NCBI RefSeq assembly: GCF_006345805.1
Contig: NC_043015.1
Location: 37,820,001-37,884,000 of the forward strand
DNA length: 64,000 bases
Source of the DNA: Octopus sinensis
Taxonomy: Eukaryota
Direction of reading: 5' to 3'
Made by a program: the position numbers and the translations under genes. Shown piece by piece: positions 24,177-37,740 of this stretch. The notes under the pieces are model-generated. The model saw only the letters and a program-made list of their open reading frames with translations, had not been told where the DNA came from and searched no databases. Every line of letters begins with the position of its first letter. Position 1 is the stretch's first letter.

Positions 24177-27100
24177 ATTCCACCGTCACCAATCTCGAGT
24201 CTGGCGTGTCACTTAATCACTAGTCCAGTTATTCTCCTTTAACAAGCTGCAGTATCATTAGTCAATAGCTTGCTGATGAATAATCCTTAATCAGCTTGGC
24301 TATTGATAAATCTGGCTGGCTGAAGAGAGAGGCGGACAGATTTAGTATTTGCACTGAAATCCAGAACTGTGCTGGTCAGTGGCAGCATTTTCAAAACTGC
24401 GTCTGTTGCTTTACTCTCTTTTAGTTATCTTTTCGGATATAGAGAAAAATGTTGTCTTTCCATATTTCAGAATGAAGAAACAAGTCTTTCTTCTTGTGTC
24501 TTCTATTTAGATTTCATAAATTGTAAAAATATAATCTGCTCTTTCGTTATACTTCCCCATTCGTCAGCTCGGTTCTGGCGTAGCTTGGTAAATGACTGCC
24601 CTCCTACAGAGATAGCTTTTTGGAGTTGCAAGACTTCGCTTGTGTAGGAATAATGTGTGTGTGTGTGTACACTGCTGCTGTTGTTATACTACAGCAAACT
24701 TTGCACTACTACCACCAGGTGGCGTGATTTCTGTGGAATCATTTTCATATTCTAATGTGGCAGTAGCTGGTTCCTTTTTGCTTAATTTCCTTCATCTTAA
24801 TCAGCGCCATCTGTGCATGAGACAGAACATCTGTTAGTGTACAACGTAAATAGTACAGATATATAATTTCTGTATATATTTTTATATATAAATACCTCAG
24901 GTTTATATTATAAAGTTTAAGAAGAGAAAGAGCAGGATATCTTCAACTTATTTGCATTCAGCTTTCTGTGTTGCGGTGGGTGAGGGTCTTTTCTATTTGC
25001 ATAAGAATTGCTAAATCTTTCTTTCTCCAAAAGCACACAGTGATAAATATACAGATTTTTTTTTTCAAGTTGAATAAAAGATTGAGAAAAGCAGCAGCAG
25101 CCGAATTGCCCCGAGGAACTGCTTGCACGGCGGCGGCGGTGGCAGCTGAGATGTTGAATAATTGTAGAACTGACAGCGACCTTTCGCTGCACGTTTGTTC
25201 TTCTTCTTCTTGACTTTCCAGTGAAGGCATCAGTTGAAATGACTTTCCAGGCCGAGGGCAAAAGCATCTAGCAGCATTAAGATTTTTCATCGTTTCCTGC
25301 AAATCACTGCAAAATTCCTTATATGGTACGATCCCAAGATAGCTGTCTGCAAATGAAATGCGTATCTGTTACGGAAATGTATTACAATTCATTGATTTTG
25401 TCTTTTATTCAACATGTTTATCCCCCCCCCTTATCTCTCTCTCTCTCTCCCTCCAACTTCATCAAAGACACTGGTTTTATCAAATGACATTTCAAGTCGG
25501 TACTATCTGCTAGCAAACTGTGTGTCCTTAGAGACCAACATGGTTTAAATATATAGCTAATGAGATCATTTCCTTCTTGCTGCTGGTCGTTGAAGAAATT
25601 TTGTTTGAGAACTTATTTTTAGTTTCTAACCGATTGTTACTTAATTTCCCTTGACGTTGAAAGAGAACGAGTGTTGTATATAATTACTGTAATTGTTTAG
25701 TTACAGTTGCTGGCGGTGGACAGAGAGAGGGAAGATTCAAATGGAAGTAGGTGAGCGTAATTTGCCGGAAATGACATGCAAGTCTCTATCTATAGTGGTA
25801 GAGGAACTGAGACTGGCGGCTGTCATATTGCAATGGTAATGGTTGGTCGGGGGTGACAGGTTCAAACATCTCTCTGATTTACCTGTAAGTTAAAAATATA
25901 TAACATTTATTATTAGACCATGGAGTGGCAGAAACATTCTGAATAGAATGACTACCTTGGTCGTATTCAGCCCCGCACTGTGTGTGTGTGTGTTGCAGGG
26001 GTCTGTCAAAAGAGTAATTATCAAATACAGTAATTGATTCACTTAATTATTACCCCCCTTTTCTAAAACTGTGTAAGCCATTTCCAAATTGGCCTTGCTT
26101 TGCCACGGTACCCTTCATTGACTTCCTGATAGTTTTGTGGCATAAAGTTTGTTTTGAACTGGGTGAAAACTGTCATCCCTCAGGTCTGACTGCACCCTAA
26201 TTCTTCCAGGAAGAGATCTCGGCCCAGGACTGTTGCTATAACCTTGAAAGGGGGATATATACTAAATTAACTGTAGCAGGAATTGAACTAAGAGTGTATA
26301 GAACCAAAATGATAACCAGAGAGCTATTTGTGTCGAGGTTCTACCAACTCTCCCAAATTTAGAGCTTATTGGAAGTGACAGAATAGTTAAGTGAAAAGTT
26401 CTCCATAAACTACAAAATCTGTTTGTCTGAGGAAACTGTTTCTTTTGATGTATTTTCAAAGATCACCATTGTCAACACTGGCGTTGGTGATTGGACCAGT
26501 TGTGACCATATACAGCCTGGTTTTATGACCAATTTCTTTTAGTTCCTAACACATTCTCTGTTACCAGCACAATGAAGTCTAGCTGCTGTGAAGGTGAGAG
26601 TTTTGGTCAGTTCAGCCAGTTGTGTTGCTTTGCTGTGGGTACAACATGTCCAGATGGTCAAGAGGTGTCTCTTCACTATCACAAGGACCCTACTATATGA
26701 TGTGTGTTTGACTTTATTCTTGGGTTGACTTCAAAACGTGCAAGTAAAATTGGGTTTGACAGAAACGGTGCTAAAGGTGTGACAAAATAATTTTCCCCTC
26801 AAATTTAAAATTCCTCCTCCTACTCAGGGGTTGATTCTATGCACTTTAATTAATTGGGCAGGGAGTTTACTTGATGAAACCTTTTCTATTGAAATCAATA
26901 AGTCCCTTTATTTTTATGTTTAATAGCATAAAAGATACAAAGACATCAGATGCACCCTAATTTCAGCAGCAGAGATCGGGGGTGGAGGCTAAGGTTTTCG
27001 AGTTAGGCTCTTTGTGAGTTATTAAGGCTTTTTGTTTTCTTCAGTATCTTACTGTTTAGCTGCTTTGTTGAGGGTTCATATCTACTTGTATTACTACTAC

Positions 27101-28556
27101 TACTTCGTCTGCCTATTCTGCTGCTGCTGCCAAGGCCTACAGCAACCTCTCATCCTCGTTACGCATTAATGATTCTATTGTTGGTTAAACATCAGTCTTC
27201 TAAAATCTCATTCCTGTACCAATGCTCTCAAAGCAACCAGTATTAATCTGACCATAGACCCCCATCAACAAGGTCGAACTCCTTGTCTCTTCCTTTCAAA
27301 TTGAAATATAAACCAGATCCTGTTACTGGTATTCCTCACAATGGTGGGGTCCTTATCTTTATTGAAACGATTTGTAAATTTCAAAGACACTTGTGGGTTT
27401 ACAAGGTGTTTTTTCTTTATTTAACCATCTTCTTGTTTAATAGTAAAGTTTTATATTTTGTTTAAAAACATTTCACAACTATGCTTTGTGGGTGCAGTAA
27501 TCTATGGACCTGTTCACAATTTCAGGGATCATAATGAGTTCTGTAAGGCTGCTATTTAACTCCTCCTTGTATAGGGGTCAGCAGATGTATTTATATAGCC
27601 TTAAACATCCTTTCTAAGTGACAGGTCAACTGCCTTTCATCCTTCTAGTTCGAAGTAATCTACGGTGGGGATGGGGTGGGGGGGCACTACTACGCCCCTC
27701 ATTGCTATCCTTGTGTCAGTTCCTGTTCAATGTCTTCAATACAGGATGCTACAAGAAAGATTCTCTCCTTTATTTCTTCGAATTTCTTGCTCTATCTTCC
27801 AATGATGTATAATAGAGAAAAACAACCATGGCTTAGAATTTATTTGGCCAGCGCAGCTATCATTGATTCTGCCTCAGTCTAGAAGCTTCTGCAGATAATT
27901 TAGTTTAATAACAACACTTAAAAGTTTATTGCATTCTGTAAACAATGACCTTTTTTGTTTTAAATCCACAAGCTGCCTAATAGCAACCCACTTGGAGAAA
28001 GTTCTTGTAAAGTTCTGTTTTGGCCATAACTCGCTGATTGGTTGACATACAGTTATTGATGCTTAAAGCCGGAAAGCCTACAACAGTTGTGTAATTAAGT
28101 CAAGTGCATTTACATTCATCTGCATGGACCCATTGTCCTGGGTTGTTTTTTAATTTCTATGGAGATATTAATACTTAAGTGGAGGACTGTGGCCATAATA
28201 TCTGCAGTTACAACTTTAAAGTATCATTTTCTCGTGTTGATTTTTATTTAAATTTATCGGTTATTTTACTAAATTCTCTTGAAATTAATTTGATATAAAA
28301 TACAGGCGTGGCTACGTGGTTACAGTTTTGCTTTGTAACCAAGTGATTTCAAGTTCTTATTTCACTGTATGATACTTTGTGCATTGTTACCTGTGCTGTA
28401 GCCTCGAACCTTCCAATGATTTTAGTGGTTTTTAAAATTGGTGCCTTCACGTGAGACTGTTAAGCAAAAGAGAAGAAAAAACAATGTTATTCCTTGCTAA
28501 AAAAAACCAAAAAGACTATCCTGTAACTCTGGTCTTTTGAAGACAAGTGGAACATA

Positions 28557-28915
28557 GGCGTAGGAGTGGCTGTGTGGTAGGTAGCTTGCTTGCTGACCAC
28601 ATGGTTCTGGGTTTGGTCCTGCTGCGTGGCACCTTAGGCAAGTGTCTTCTGCTATAGCCTCGGGCTGACCAAAGCCTTGTGAGTGGATTTGATAGACGGA
28701 ATCTGAAAGAAGCCCGTCGTGTGTATATATGTGTGCGTTTGTGTTTGTCCCCCAACATCGCTTGACAACCAGTGTTGGTGTTTTTACATCCCCGTTACTT
28801 AGTAGTTCGGCAAAAGAGACCAATGGAATGAGTACTAGGCTTGCAAGGAATGGGTCCTGGGGTCGATGTGCTCCAGCATGGCCACAGTCACATGACTGAA
28901 ACAAGAGTAAAGAGT
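28557..28915 (+). mobile_element. tRNA-derived SINE family A (CORE-like), near full length
   Basis: A-box-like TGGCTGTGTGG, degenerate B box, CCTTAGGCAAG core, body gaccaaagccttgtgagtggatttg..aagaagcccgtcg and tail ccagcatggccacagtc..tgactgaaacaag, shared with many copies here. Confidence 0.9.
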
Positions 28916-28939
28916 ATATATGTGTGTGTGCGCGCGCGT

Positions 28940-29085
28940 TTCCACCTATCAAATCCACTCGTAAGGCTTTAGTCAGCTTGAGGCTGTAGTAGAAAACCCT
29001 TGCCTGGGGGTATCAATCATACAATGGGATTGAACCCTGGGCCATTTGGTTGGGAAGCAGATTTCTTACCAACTGGCATTGGTGT
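28940..29085 (-). mobile_element. SINE family A, 5' part, inverted relative to the adjacent copy
   Basis: Reverse complement reads ggtaagaaatctgcttcccaacca..ggttcaatccc..aggcaag..aaagccttacgagtggatttgatag. Confidence 0.85.
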
Positions 29086-30798
29086 TAATTTCATCACTTG
29101 TTTTCTGTGGTATGAAAGCCTTTTCGTTGGGTTTCAGGCATCAGTAAATAACTTTCATCTAACATTCCTTTGTTGAGGAGGCACTCTGTGTAGGCTGCAT
29201 TCCCTCAGTCAGCTGCTGGTTCTGCCAAGGAGAAAGTTCCATCATTAAATACGTTTGCTCTAAGTACTTATCAACTGAGAGCGACCAAATTCTTGATTTT
29301 TTTCAAAATTTATTGAAACACATGGCTTAACTGTTTCAATTATTTCATTAGAGATATGTCAACCACCAAAAGAGTTTAATGAAGCCAATTGTAACCGAAG
29401 TCTTAGATTATTTCTTTTAGTATATCTTCTCTTGAAGAATGTCATCAACCTTCTTGCTAACAGAATCTGGGTGAAAGGCATTTTATTGTGCTGTCAACCT
29501 TCTCAATAACAGAATCTGGGCGAGAAACTTGCACCCTTCAAATCATTTCTCTCTCTCTCTCTCTCTCTCTCTCCCCTCCCCGTTCTCTTTCCCTCTCTTG
29601 CGTACTTCCAATTCCACAAATTATTTTAATAGCCTTTGGCTGGATATAAAATTACTTCAGTTTCGAGATAAACACAATAATTAAGAGTTAGATTTTCACT
29701 GTTACAAGCCCTCCCTAGCAGGGTTGGTAGGTTGGCTTGGGTAACAGTGCTTGCTGTAAACGTGTGTGTGTGTTGAGACTTGACAGATGTTGCAGCAGCA
29801 ATTTTGGTGAGAGGGGAGCAAGAAATTAGATATTGAATCAACTCATTGCCTAGCTTAGAGGTTAATTCCGATTGGTTGTGTGGTTGTTCAAGTTGGCCAA
29901 TCAGCTCTTGGCAAATGCAGTTGACTGTTTTTTAAAGTATATAATTTCGCATGAAATCTCTCTCCCCATTTCCCAACTTTCTCTTTTCTCTCTCCACATT
30001 CTCCGTGCTATCGTTTCTTGTTCCTACCTGTCCATTCGAATAACTTACACTCAGAACAGTTCCTTCTCATACAAATATATTGGTTGGTTGAGGAATGGTT
30101 TTGAATTTTTTTGTGGCGTTTTCTTGGTATTCTAACAAGAAAAAAAAAGAATCTATTTTCCTTGGTTCCTCTCTCACACACAACTTCAGGACCCACCCTG
30201 CACTTTAAGGTTTGTATGGGGTGGCGGGAGGGGGGCATTGTTGCAAGCAATGTGACATCGCAAGACATCTTTTTTTTTTCTTTATGACATTGGTAACATT
30301 TGAGAACCTAAAAAGCTGCTGCTCCCCCTCCTGTGTCTGCTGTGTACTTTAATAAGCTGGAAGGTAGTCGATGGTTTCAAGTGACACGAACTACTCGTCT
30401 GTAAGTTGGCGTGTCTGCGTGTGTGATGAACGGTTCTGGTATAGAAGCTATCTCTCTCACTCTGCACTCTCCATGCCATGTAGACATATAAAACTATGGA
30501 TTTGGTAACATCTGTTTTGTTCACCACACTACTACTACTACTACTACTACCATTCCTCTCTGACTGTGTTGCTACGTCTCTGCTGCCATTATTACCACGC
30601 CTGTACTTGTCACTACCGTACTTGTCCGTATTGGGAATTTCTGTGGCAAATGGTGATGTGTATGTGTGCCTAGTTGTTCCACGATCGAACATCTGTTGTA
30701 GGAACATCTGCCATTAATAACAATCCGAAATTACTGGACCATCCCGGAGACAAAAGCGCCCATTTGACACGCTCTACATTTCTGCTCGATTCGATTAA

Positions 30799-30870
<72 letters not shown>

Positions 30871-31069
30871 TGTTTGTAAACACACGTCTCTCCTCTGGTT
30901 ACTCAAGTTTCTCATAATAATGTTTTTGTGGAGCCGTATTGATTTTTGTTCTTTATTGAAAGGCACGGAATTGTGACCAACTTTCTGAAAATAAATGTAA
31001 ACTTGTTTTAACATGTTGCATTGTTTACTGGACATTTGTGTGTGTGTGTATTATTATTATATATATATA

Positions 31070-31126
<57 letters not shown>

Positions 31127-31151
31127 GCGTGTGTGTGTGTGTGTGTGTGTG
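30799..31151. repeat. Microsatellite cluster: (TC)n 30799-30867, (TA)n ~31058-31126, (TG)n to 31151
   Basis: Direct inspection. Confidence 0.95.
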
Positions 31152-32615
31152 TTAAGCACTGCTTGATCAGTGACAGCTTCACAGGGCTTACGTAATAAAT
31201 AAAAAGAAAAAGCTCTTTACCTTCTCGCAATTAATGTCTGCGCTTAGTGACTTATGTGTGTGTGTGCGCGCGCGCCCAGCCCCTTGCGTACCTGTATTGT
31301 CGTTTGTGGTGTGTCGTGGTAATAAGCGTTCAAGTCTTCCTGTGTACTCAATTGATTTTACATTTATACATTAACACATAGCTGGGAGAGAGAAGGGGGG
31401 GCGGCACAATCGATCGTTGACAGGTGCTGCACCCCCACCACCACCTTCCACCACACTGTCTACTATGTATTTTATAGACACACACACACACACACACAAA
31501 CTCCTACCTGATTGCCTCACCTTGAAAGTAAAGAACGATTTCCTTTTCTGTTATTTTCCCTTCTGGTGACCCTGCCCTTATCTCTCTCTCCCTTTCCTTC
31601 CCCTTTACCTTGTCCACTCCTGTTTAGTAATGGTCGGAATGCAATTATTAGATTTGTTTTAATCTTGTGGCAGTGAGAAAGGGCGTTTTGCTTTTTAAAA
31701 TTATAAAACTGTAATCGTGTCCTTTCAAATGACGAGTCCCCCCGGTTTGTATGATTCATGAGGGCTGGGTGTATAATTTGTTCCTGAACTACTGTGTGTG
31801 TGTGTATATCTGTAATTGTTTGTGCACAATATATTCTTTCGGGCTGTGTATAGCGTGTATATATGTATTTATAGTTATGTAGCGTGTCACTTTTTTATTG
31901 CTTCGTCGCTCTGTACCTGTTAAGTTTCAATACGACGTAGTTGACTCGTTAGTTACCTACATTGTGGATTATTGAATCAAAGCTTATTTGGTTTTACTAA
32001 ATTTCTTTCATAAAAGGATTGTGGTCCTGTTTGGGATGGGATGTCCCCTATCAATTCCCCTTTAATTGAGCCTTACCAGAAAGTATATTTTAGAAGCATT
32101 GAGGTGGTGGTGGTGGTGGTATATATGTATTTGAAGCAGGTGTGATTAACTGGAAGGTCTGTCTGTCTGGATTTCTTTCTGTATAAAAAAAATGTAGGGC
32201 AAAGTAAGGGAGGGGGGGACATACCAGAAGATGTTGCTTTGTCTACATTGTAGGGGAGATAAATGTTACGGTACTTCGCGTGCCACCTTTTTTTATTTAT
32301 TTATTTATTTTTTTGTAATCTTTAGAAATATGAACTTCGAAAGTTGTTTCGGGATTTTTTGTCATTTTCTTTTTAAGACTTGATTTATATCGCCTTTAGA
32401 ATATTTTTATCGATTATATAAGATGCTCTTGTTTATTTTCTTTTTTTTTTTCCTAAGGGGAATAACTCATTCTCGGATGTTATCCGATTTGCTCCCCTTG
32501 ATGTTTCTTCCGAGTGCTCTCCCTTGAACCATTCTGAATGTTTTTAACTATAAAAGGGGAGGGGGTTCTTTCTGGTTTTTTTAATATATTAATGATTTTC
32601 TTTTTTTTTTTCCAG

Positions 32616-32640
32616 GGATTTCCTGTCGTCTGGAACAAAG
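32616..32640 (+). CDS. PTBP1: PTB 25-nt upstream coding exon (G GAT TTC CTG TCG TCT GGA ACA AAG = xDFLSSGTK), counterpart of vertebrate PTBP1 exon 2
   Basis: Long U tract then ccag| acceptor, AAG|gtaaag donor. Splicing to 43913 gives GTK|RGS, as in human GTKRGS. It needs a phase-2 upstream exon, which I did not locate. Confidence 0.8.
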
Positions 32641-33278
32641 GTAAAGGCAATTTTTATTATTGTCTCGTGTTTTATTTTACGTTTATTTTATTAAAAAATA
32701 TTAAATACTTGGTCGTCATAAACTTTCAATAGTGCCTGAGCTGTGTGTGTGTCGGATTACTGCTCTGCTTACATTTAGAGGTCTATCAATTGTCAGACGG
32801 ACAGTGTGTGTATGTGCTATATATATATAAGGTAAATAAAGATGTTCTTTGTTCTTGTGGCCATTGTATGCTTCTAGATAAAACGTTGGTCAAATAAGTT
32901 AATGGACATGGTGGTGGTAGTAGTAGTAGTAGTAGCTAGTCTGGGCGACCATGTGCTGCTAACTAAACATTGACAACCTCTTTTTATTATCGAGAACAAT
33001 AGGTCTTCATGATGTTTACAGCTTTCTCCGTAGACTTTCTCTCTTCAAAGCAGATAGTGGCGACATTAAGATAGGGCAATACAACATTTATTCTCTTTCT
33101 CTGTCTCCTTCTCACTATATTTATATATTTGTGTGTGTATGGCTGTTGGTTGTTAGCATTTGGGGAAGTATGGCTGTTTCCCATCAATAACCGCTTAAAA
33201 GCAAACTTGATTGATATTCAGAAAACACTTTCTGTTTAATTATTTAATAATTAATAAGGCTTGTGTTGTTCCTGCTGG

Positions 33279-33462
33279 TAGTTTCCAAACTTTTCATCGA
33301 GGCCCACTTTCTAAGACATTCCAAGGAATCTGATTTGAGATTTATTTTAAATGGAAAATAGTCTTGAAGTAAATATAGAATTGTGGCTTTCATTGTGCAA
33401 TACATGCTTTTACATTTTGCATTTTAATATCCCAAAGTAGGTGACTCCTAGACTGGAAACTA
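33279..33462. mobile_element. Possible degenerate hAT MITE
   Basis: 9-bp inverted termini TAGTTTCCA / TGGAAACTA, followed internally by AACTTTT as in hAT MITE ends. Confidence 0.4.
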
Positions 33463-34289
33463 GTAATGTGTCTATCAGATTTCGTCATATTTGGCAACAA
33501 CAGTCTTGGGAAAAGCAGGTAGGGAGCTATATAGTCAGTGCCACTCTTGTGCCGCATTAGTAGTTGTCATCCTGCTGGGTGACGACACCCTTGGAATAAA
33601 TCTGTTGCTATTACTAACAAGGTGTTAGGAGGAGGTAGTGATTGGGTCACACCCATCAAGTTGTGTGTGTGACTTTCAGAATTGTTGGTTGAGGGCGGAG
33701 GGAGGTTACATAAGAGTCCGGCTGTCCCTTCATGAGGGGCAGGTATTGCATTTTAAGGTAGTGATGTGGCTCTAAACCCATGGTCAAGTAACGAATGTGA
33801 GCTTGTTGTGCGGTCTAATCTTTGTAAATGTGTGTGTTAGGATGAGGGCTGGTTTTTAGATAAACATCCAAGATTATAATGAAACCACATCCATCCTCAT
33901 TCACTGCCACTCCACTTTGGTGTCCAAGTGGAAACAGACCTTGCCAACAGTTCTCCATTGTTCCTTCAAGTACCAATATCCTGTCGTGTCTTTCTAAATC
34001 CTTATCAGCTTCACCAAAACTTCTATAGGAGTGCTTTATCCTTTGTTTTTAACATTCCAAAACATTTTCTTTTCTCTATTTTATTGTCAGTGTAAGTTAA
34101 GGACCAACCCACACTTTTTAAGGGTTTTTTTTTTAATACTATACAATATTTGTATAAAGGACTTTCTATTGTTATTCTGAAATAATCTGGAAACCTATTT
34201 CACAAGGTTTTAAAGAGAACTACTTCTGAGACTATAAGAATAAGGATGTAAGGCCTGAAATTGGTGATGGGGGTTGCTAGTCAATAACC

Positions 34290-34400
34290 ATGTACCTGAA
34301 TACTTGTGGTACTTTATTTTATCGACCCTGAAGGGATGAAAGCTAAACTAAGGCCTGTGTGGGATTTGAACTCTGAATGGAAATAGCCAGCAGAAAGTAC
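34290..34400 (-). mobile_element. SINE family M fragment
   Basis: ggtactttattttatcgaccctgaagggatgaaagc..gggatttgaactctgaa. Confidence 0.75.
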
Positions 34401-36500
34401 ACTAACTACAATGGCATTTTCCCCTGACATTCTCTCTCTCTCTCTCTAAAACATGGAGGTGTGATAATATATTCGTGATTGCTCTGTTAAAAGTTGTATT
34501 ATTTCTGTTCTGTGTAAAAATGTCCCAATAGAGTTTGTATGAGAGATGTTTTAGCAAAAAGTCATTTCCTCCTGTTCTCATTCTCTCTCTCTCTCTCTTT
34601 AATATTTTATATCGCTGTTTGCTAGATTCTATGTTAATTGCTTGCCTTCTCTTCTTTATGGCAAATAACATTGCTAAATGTCAACACATTTTTCGAAATT
34701 ATGTTAAAATGTCTGAGTGGTGCTGCTCTGCCGTCGACGGTGGCAGTGGGGGGAGGGGGAGCTTAGAAAAGCGAGCTTTACACGGATTAATTTGTCTTAA
34801 ATGTCATAAGATGACTGGGATATTGTAATTGGCAGCATTTTGTGAGCTACTGGATGGAATATGATGGTTGCTCAGTTTTGGTAGTTGGCGAGGGCGGGGG
34901 GGGGGGGAGGCCCTACCCCACCCCCTCTGCTGTTCTTTGTGGTCTTTTTTAACTTCCATCCCAACACGGCCTTTTTTCTTTTTAATACATGTGCGGTATC
35001 TCGATCTCCTAGTTAAAGGGTTGTAGTATACCCGAGATGGTCACGGGTGGAACTGTTGTGATTATACATCTACCTGGTCGGCAAAAGGAACTTCACGTGA
35101 TAATTATAACTGAAGGCAGACCTTTCTTCAGAATTGAATAGTTGATAGTATAAGCCCTCAATATATTGTCTAGATGAGAGATAGACGGGGTGGTCATAAT
35201 TGGAACGTTTTTGACTACAAGTTTACTGGACAGAACTCTTAGTGTGGTGTTGTCATAGATATTGTTTGAAAAAGATTTGGTAGATCTTGTTTGATAAGAG
35301 ATTTTACTGGATCCAAACGGATCTTGGAGTAAATGACCACTTTTATGCTTTACGTGTATGTCGGGGGGGGGGGTCCCTCCATATCTCTATGTTCCAGATA
35401 AAATCTGCTTGGCTTGATGGCCCCTATGGGGTCACAAGCTTATATGCTACCACTGAGTTTGTTCTACGCCCAAGGCTTGGCCACGGTCCATTGAATGAAA
35501 CTAATAAACTTAAAAGAAAAATGGTATTTGGGGAGTTTTAAATGGCAGGGTGTGATGTGTCTCTAACCAAAATGATGACCTCTGCAATTTTGAGCAGAAC
35601 ATTCCAAGGGAAAGAATGGAAAATCTGTGGTTTAGCGTCGCAGCCAGGGGTACGGAGTTTCGACTGTTATGAAATTCTGTTATCGTGGTTCTCCCTGGGT
35701 CCCTTTTCTTGATTTTTTTTTTTTTTGACGTTGATTGCCTTTATCTTTCCATTGAACTCCTCAAAGGGGGGTGGGACCCATTATCCCCCCTCCCCCATTG
35801 TACTCTGTCACCGCAACCATATTGGCTTTGTATAAATGTTGCTGGTGAAACACTTCCTCATCGCTCATTAACCTCCTCCCACCCCCTTAATTTTTCTTAT
35901 GTTAATTATTTCATTAGCATCTACTTTTGGCAATTAATAATATTTGTTCTGGCATGTCGTCGTCCCCCCTCCTCCCCTCATTAGCTTTCGTTTTCATTTT
36001 GTTCATTTTTTTTTTTTTCCTTTTTTAAATTACTTTCCTCTTCATTGTCACTCATTATTACTGTTTGTTAGTATTGTTTCATTATCTGGTTTACATCATT
36101 AATTTTGTTTTTGTTTTTTTTGTTTTTTTCCTCTTTTAATAATTGTAATTGATTCTCAACACCGCCGCCACCACTGTACACTCCCTCCATGCCCCCCACA
36201 CCCTCTTCTTACCTTTCTATCTCTTTGTTTTGTGTTTTTCTTTTTCCCCATTTCATGTTCTACTTATTTATTCATGGTGATATTAAGCTGGAATGTGGAC
36301 ACTTCGGTAATGCTCCACCACATGGGACCTTTCGCTCTCTCCTCCTCCTCCTCCCTCTGTTTACCTATGTTTGCCTTCCCCCCTCTCCACCACCTCCCTC
36401 ATATTTTACCGCCTTTTCTCTCTCGAAATAAATGCGCAGAGAAGAGAAGAGAGGTGCAGCTTCTTGAATGTTAACTTTTACATATTTCACTAGAAACGCT

Positions 36501-36503
<3 letters not shown>

Positions 36504-36543
<40 letters not shown>
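36504..36543. repeat. (AT)20 microsatellite
   Basis: Direct inspection. Confidence 0.95.
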
Positions 36544-36545
<2 letters not shown>

Positions 36546-37740
36546 ATATATATCCATGTATATCTAATATTTAGAGTATGTATTTGTGAGTGTATGTGTA
36601 TGTATGTATAATTTAAAATATGAAGTGTTCTGGTGCATGCTAAATGAAAGGACTGCTTGTTGGCCTTTGATATTTCGCTATTGTCAGGCATTCGGTATGC
36701 TTGACCAATTACTTAGTCCTACCTCCACCACCACCACCACCAGTTGCTTCTCTCTCTCTCCTCTCACCGACCCAACCTAAACTTTTCCACGACGGGTTCT
36801 GTCTTGTTTTCAAGCTTTAAAACCCATTGTCACTATTTTTTCAATAGGAGAGGAGAGCACTTAAAAATCTATAGTGCGGTGGCGACGGTGGTGGTGGTGT
36901 TAGCAGCCTCTCTGCTTGGAAAGAGGAGGGGGGAAAAAAAGGAAAAGAAGAATGAGAGAGAGAGAGAGGGAAAGTTGGGCTTTTACCATGCAAAATGTAG
37001 CAATTGTATTATTGTGCCGTCGTCACCACCACCAGCAGCAGAAATGTTACAGCTGCTGCTGTTCAATATCGTAGCCAGTGGTAGAAGTTGATTCCAGCTT
37101 TTTCTCTCTCGATCTCTCTCTCTCTCTCTTCCCCCCTCGTCAACACCACCAATACCACCACCACCACCGCTGCTGTTCACTAAACTAAAACTAACGAGAT
37201 TTGCCTGTGTGAGAAAAATAAGGCTTGTGTGGTTTGGTGGTGGTTCATATATTTATTTTTTTTTATTTTGTTTTTTTTTTCTTCATACTGGGACAGATCT
37301 GGTGACAAGAGAGATACGCACTCACATACACATACACGCTCCTCTTCTAACACTCATTCTCTGTGTGTCTCTCTCTCTCTGTCACACACTCACACACATA
37401 CATATTACAGTCAGCCAGTGTTCTCTCTCTCTCTCTCTCTAGAACCGAGCCTCCAGTTGCTGTCTGTACACAACAGCGCCTCTGGTGGCACTAGTTCGCC
37501 CGCCCGTATATCGGGCACCTGTCAATGACTACACCACCAATATTAGCGTTATCACAACTGGAATTTACGATGATTGGAACGGCATCATCATCGCCGCCGC
37601 CACCTGCACCACCACGCCGGATTTATTGACACCCTCCCCCCACACAAATATATATATATATATATATACATACAAAATATATATAAATTCTTGGAACAAG
37701 AAATTGTTGTACACCCCACCCATCTCGCAACGGTCCTGAG

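Noticed and set aside
28497-28958. 153-aa minus-strand ORF
   Set aside because: Antisense reading of a SINE A copy.
30496-30717. Hydrophobic ORF resembling a signal peptide; ATG GAT TTG|gtaaca could also be a first exon
   Set aside because: The Leu run comes from a (CTA)n repeat. The donor is phase 0, so it does not fit the 25-nt exon, and there is no other support.
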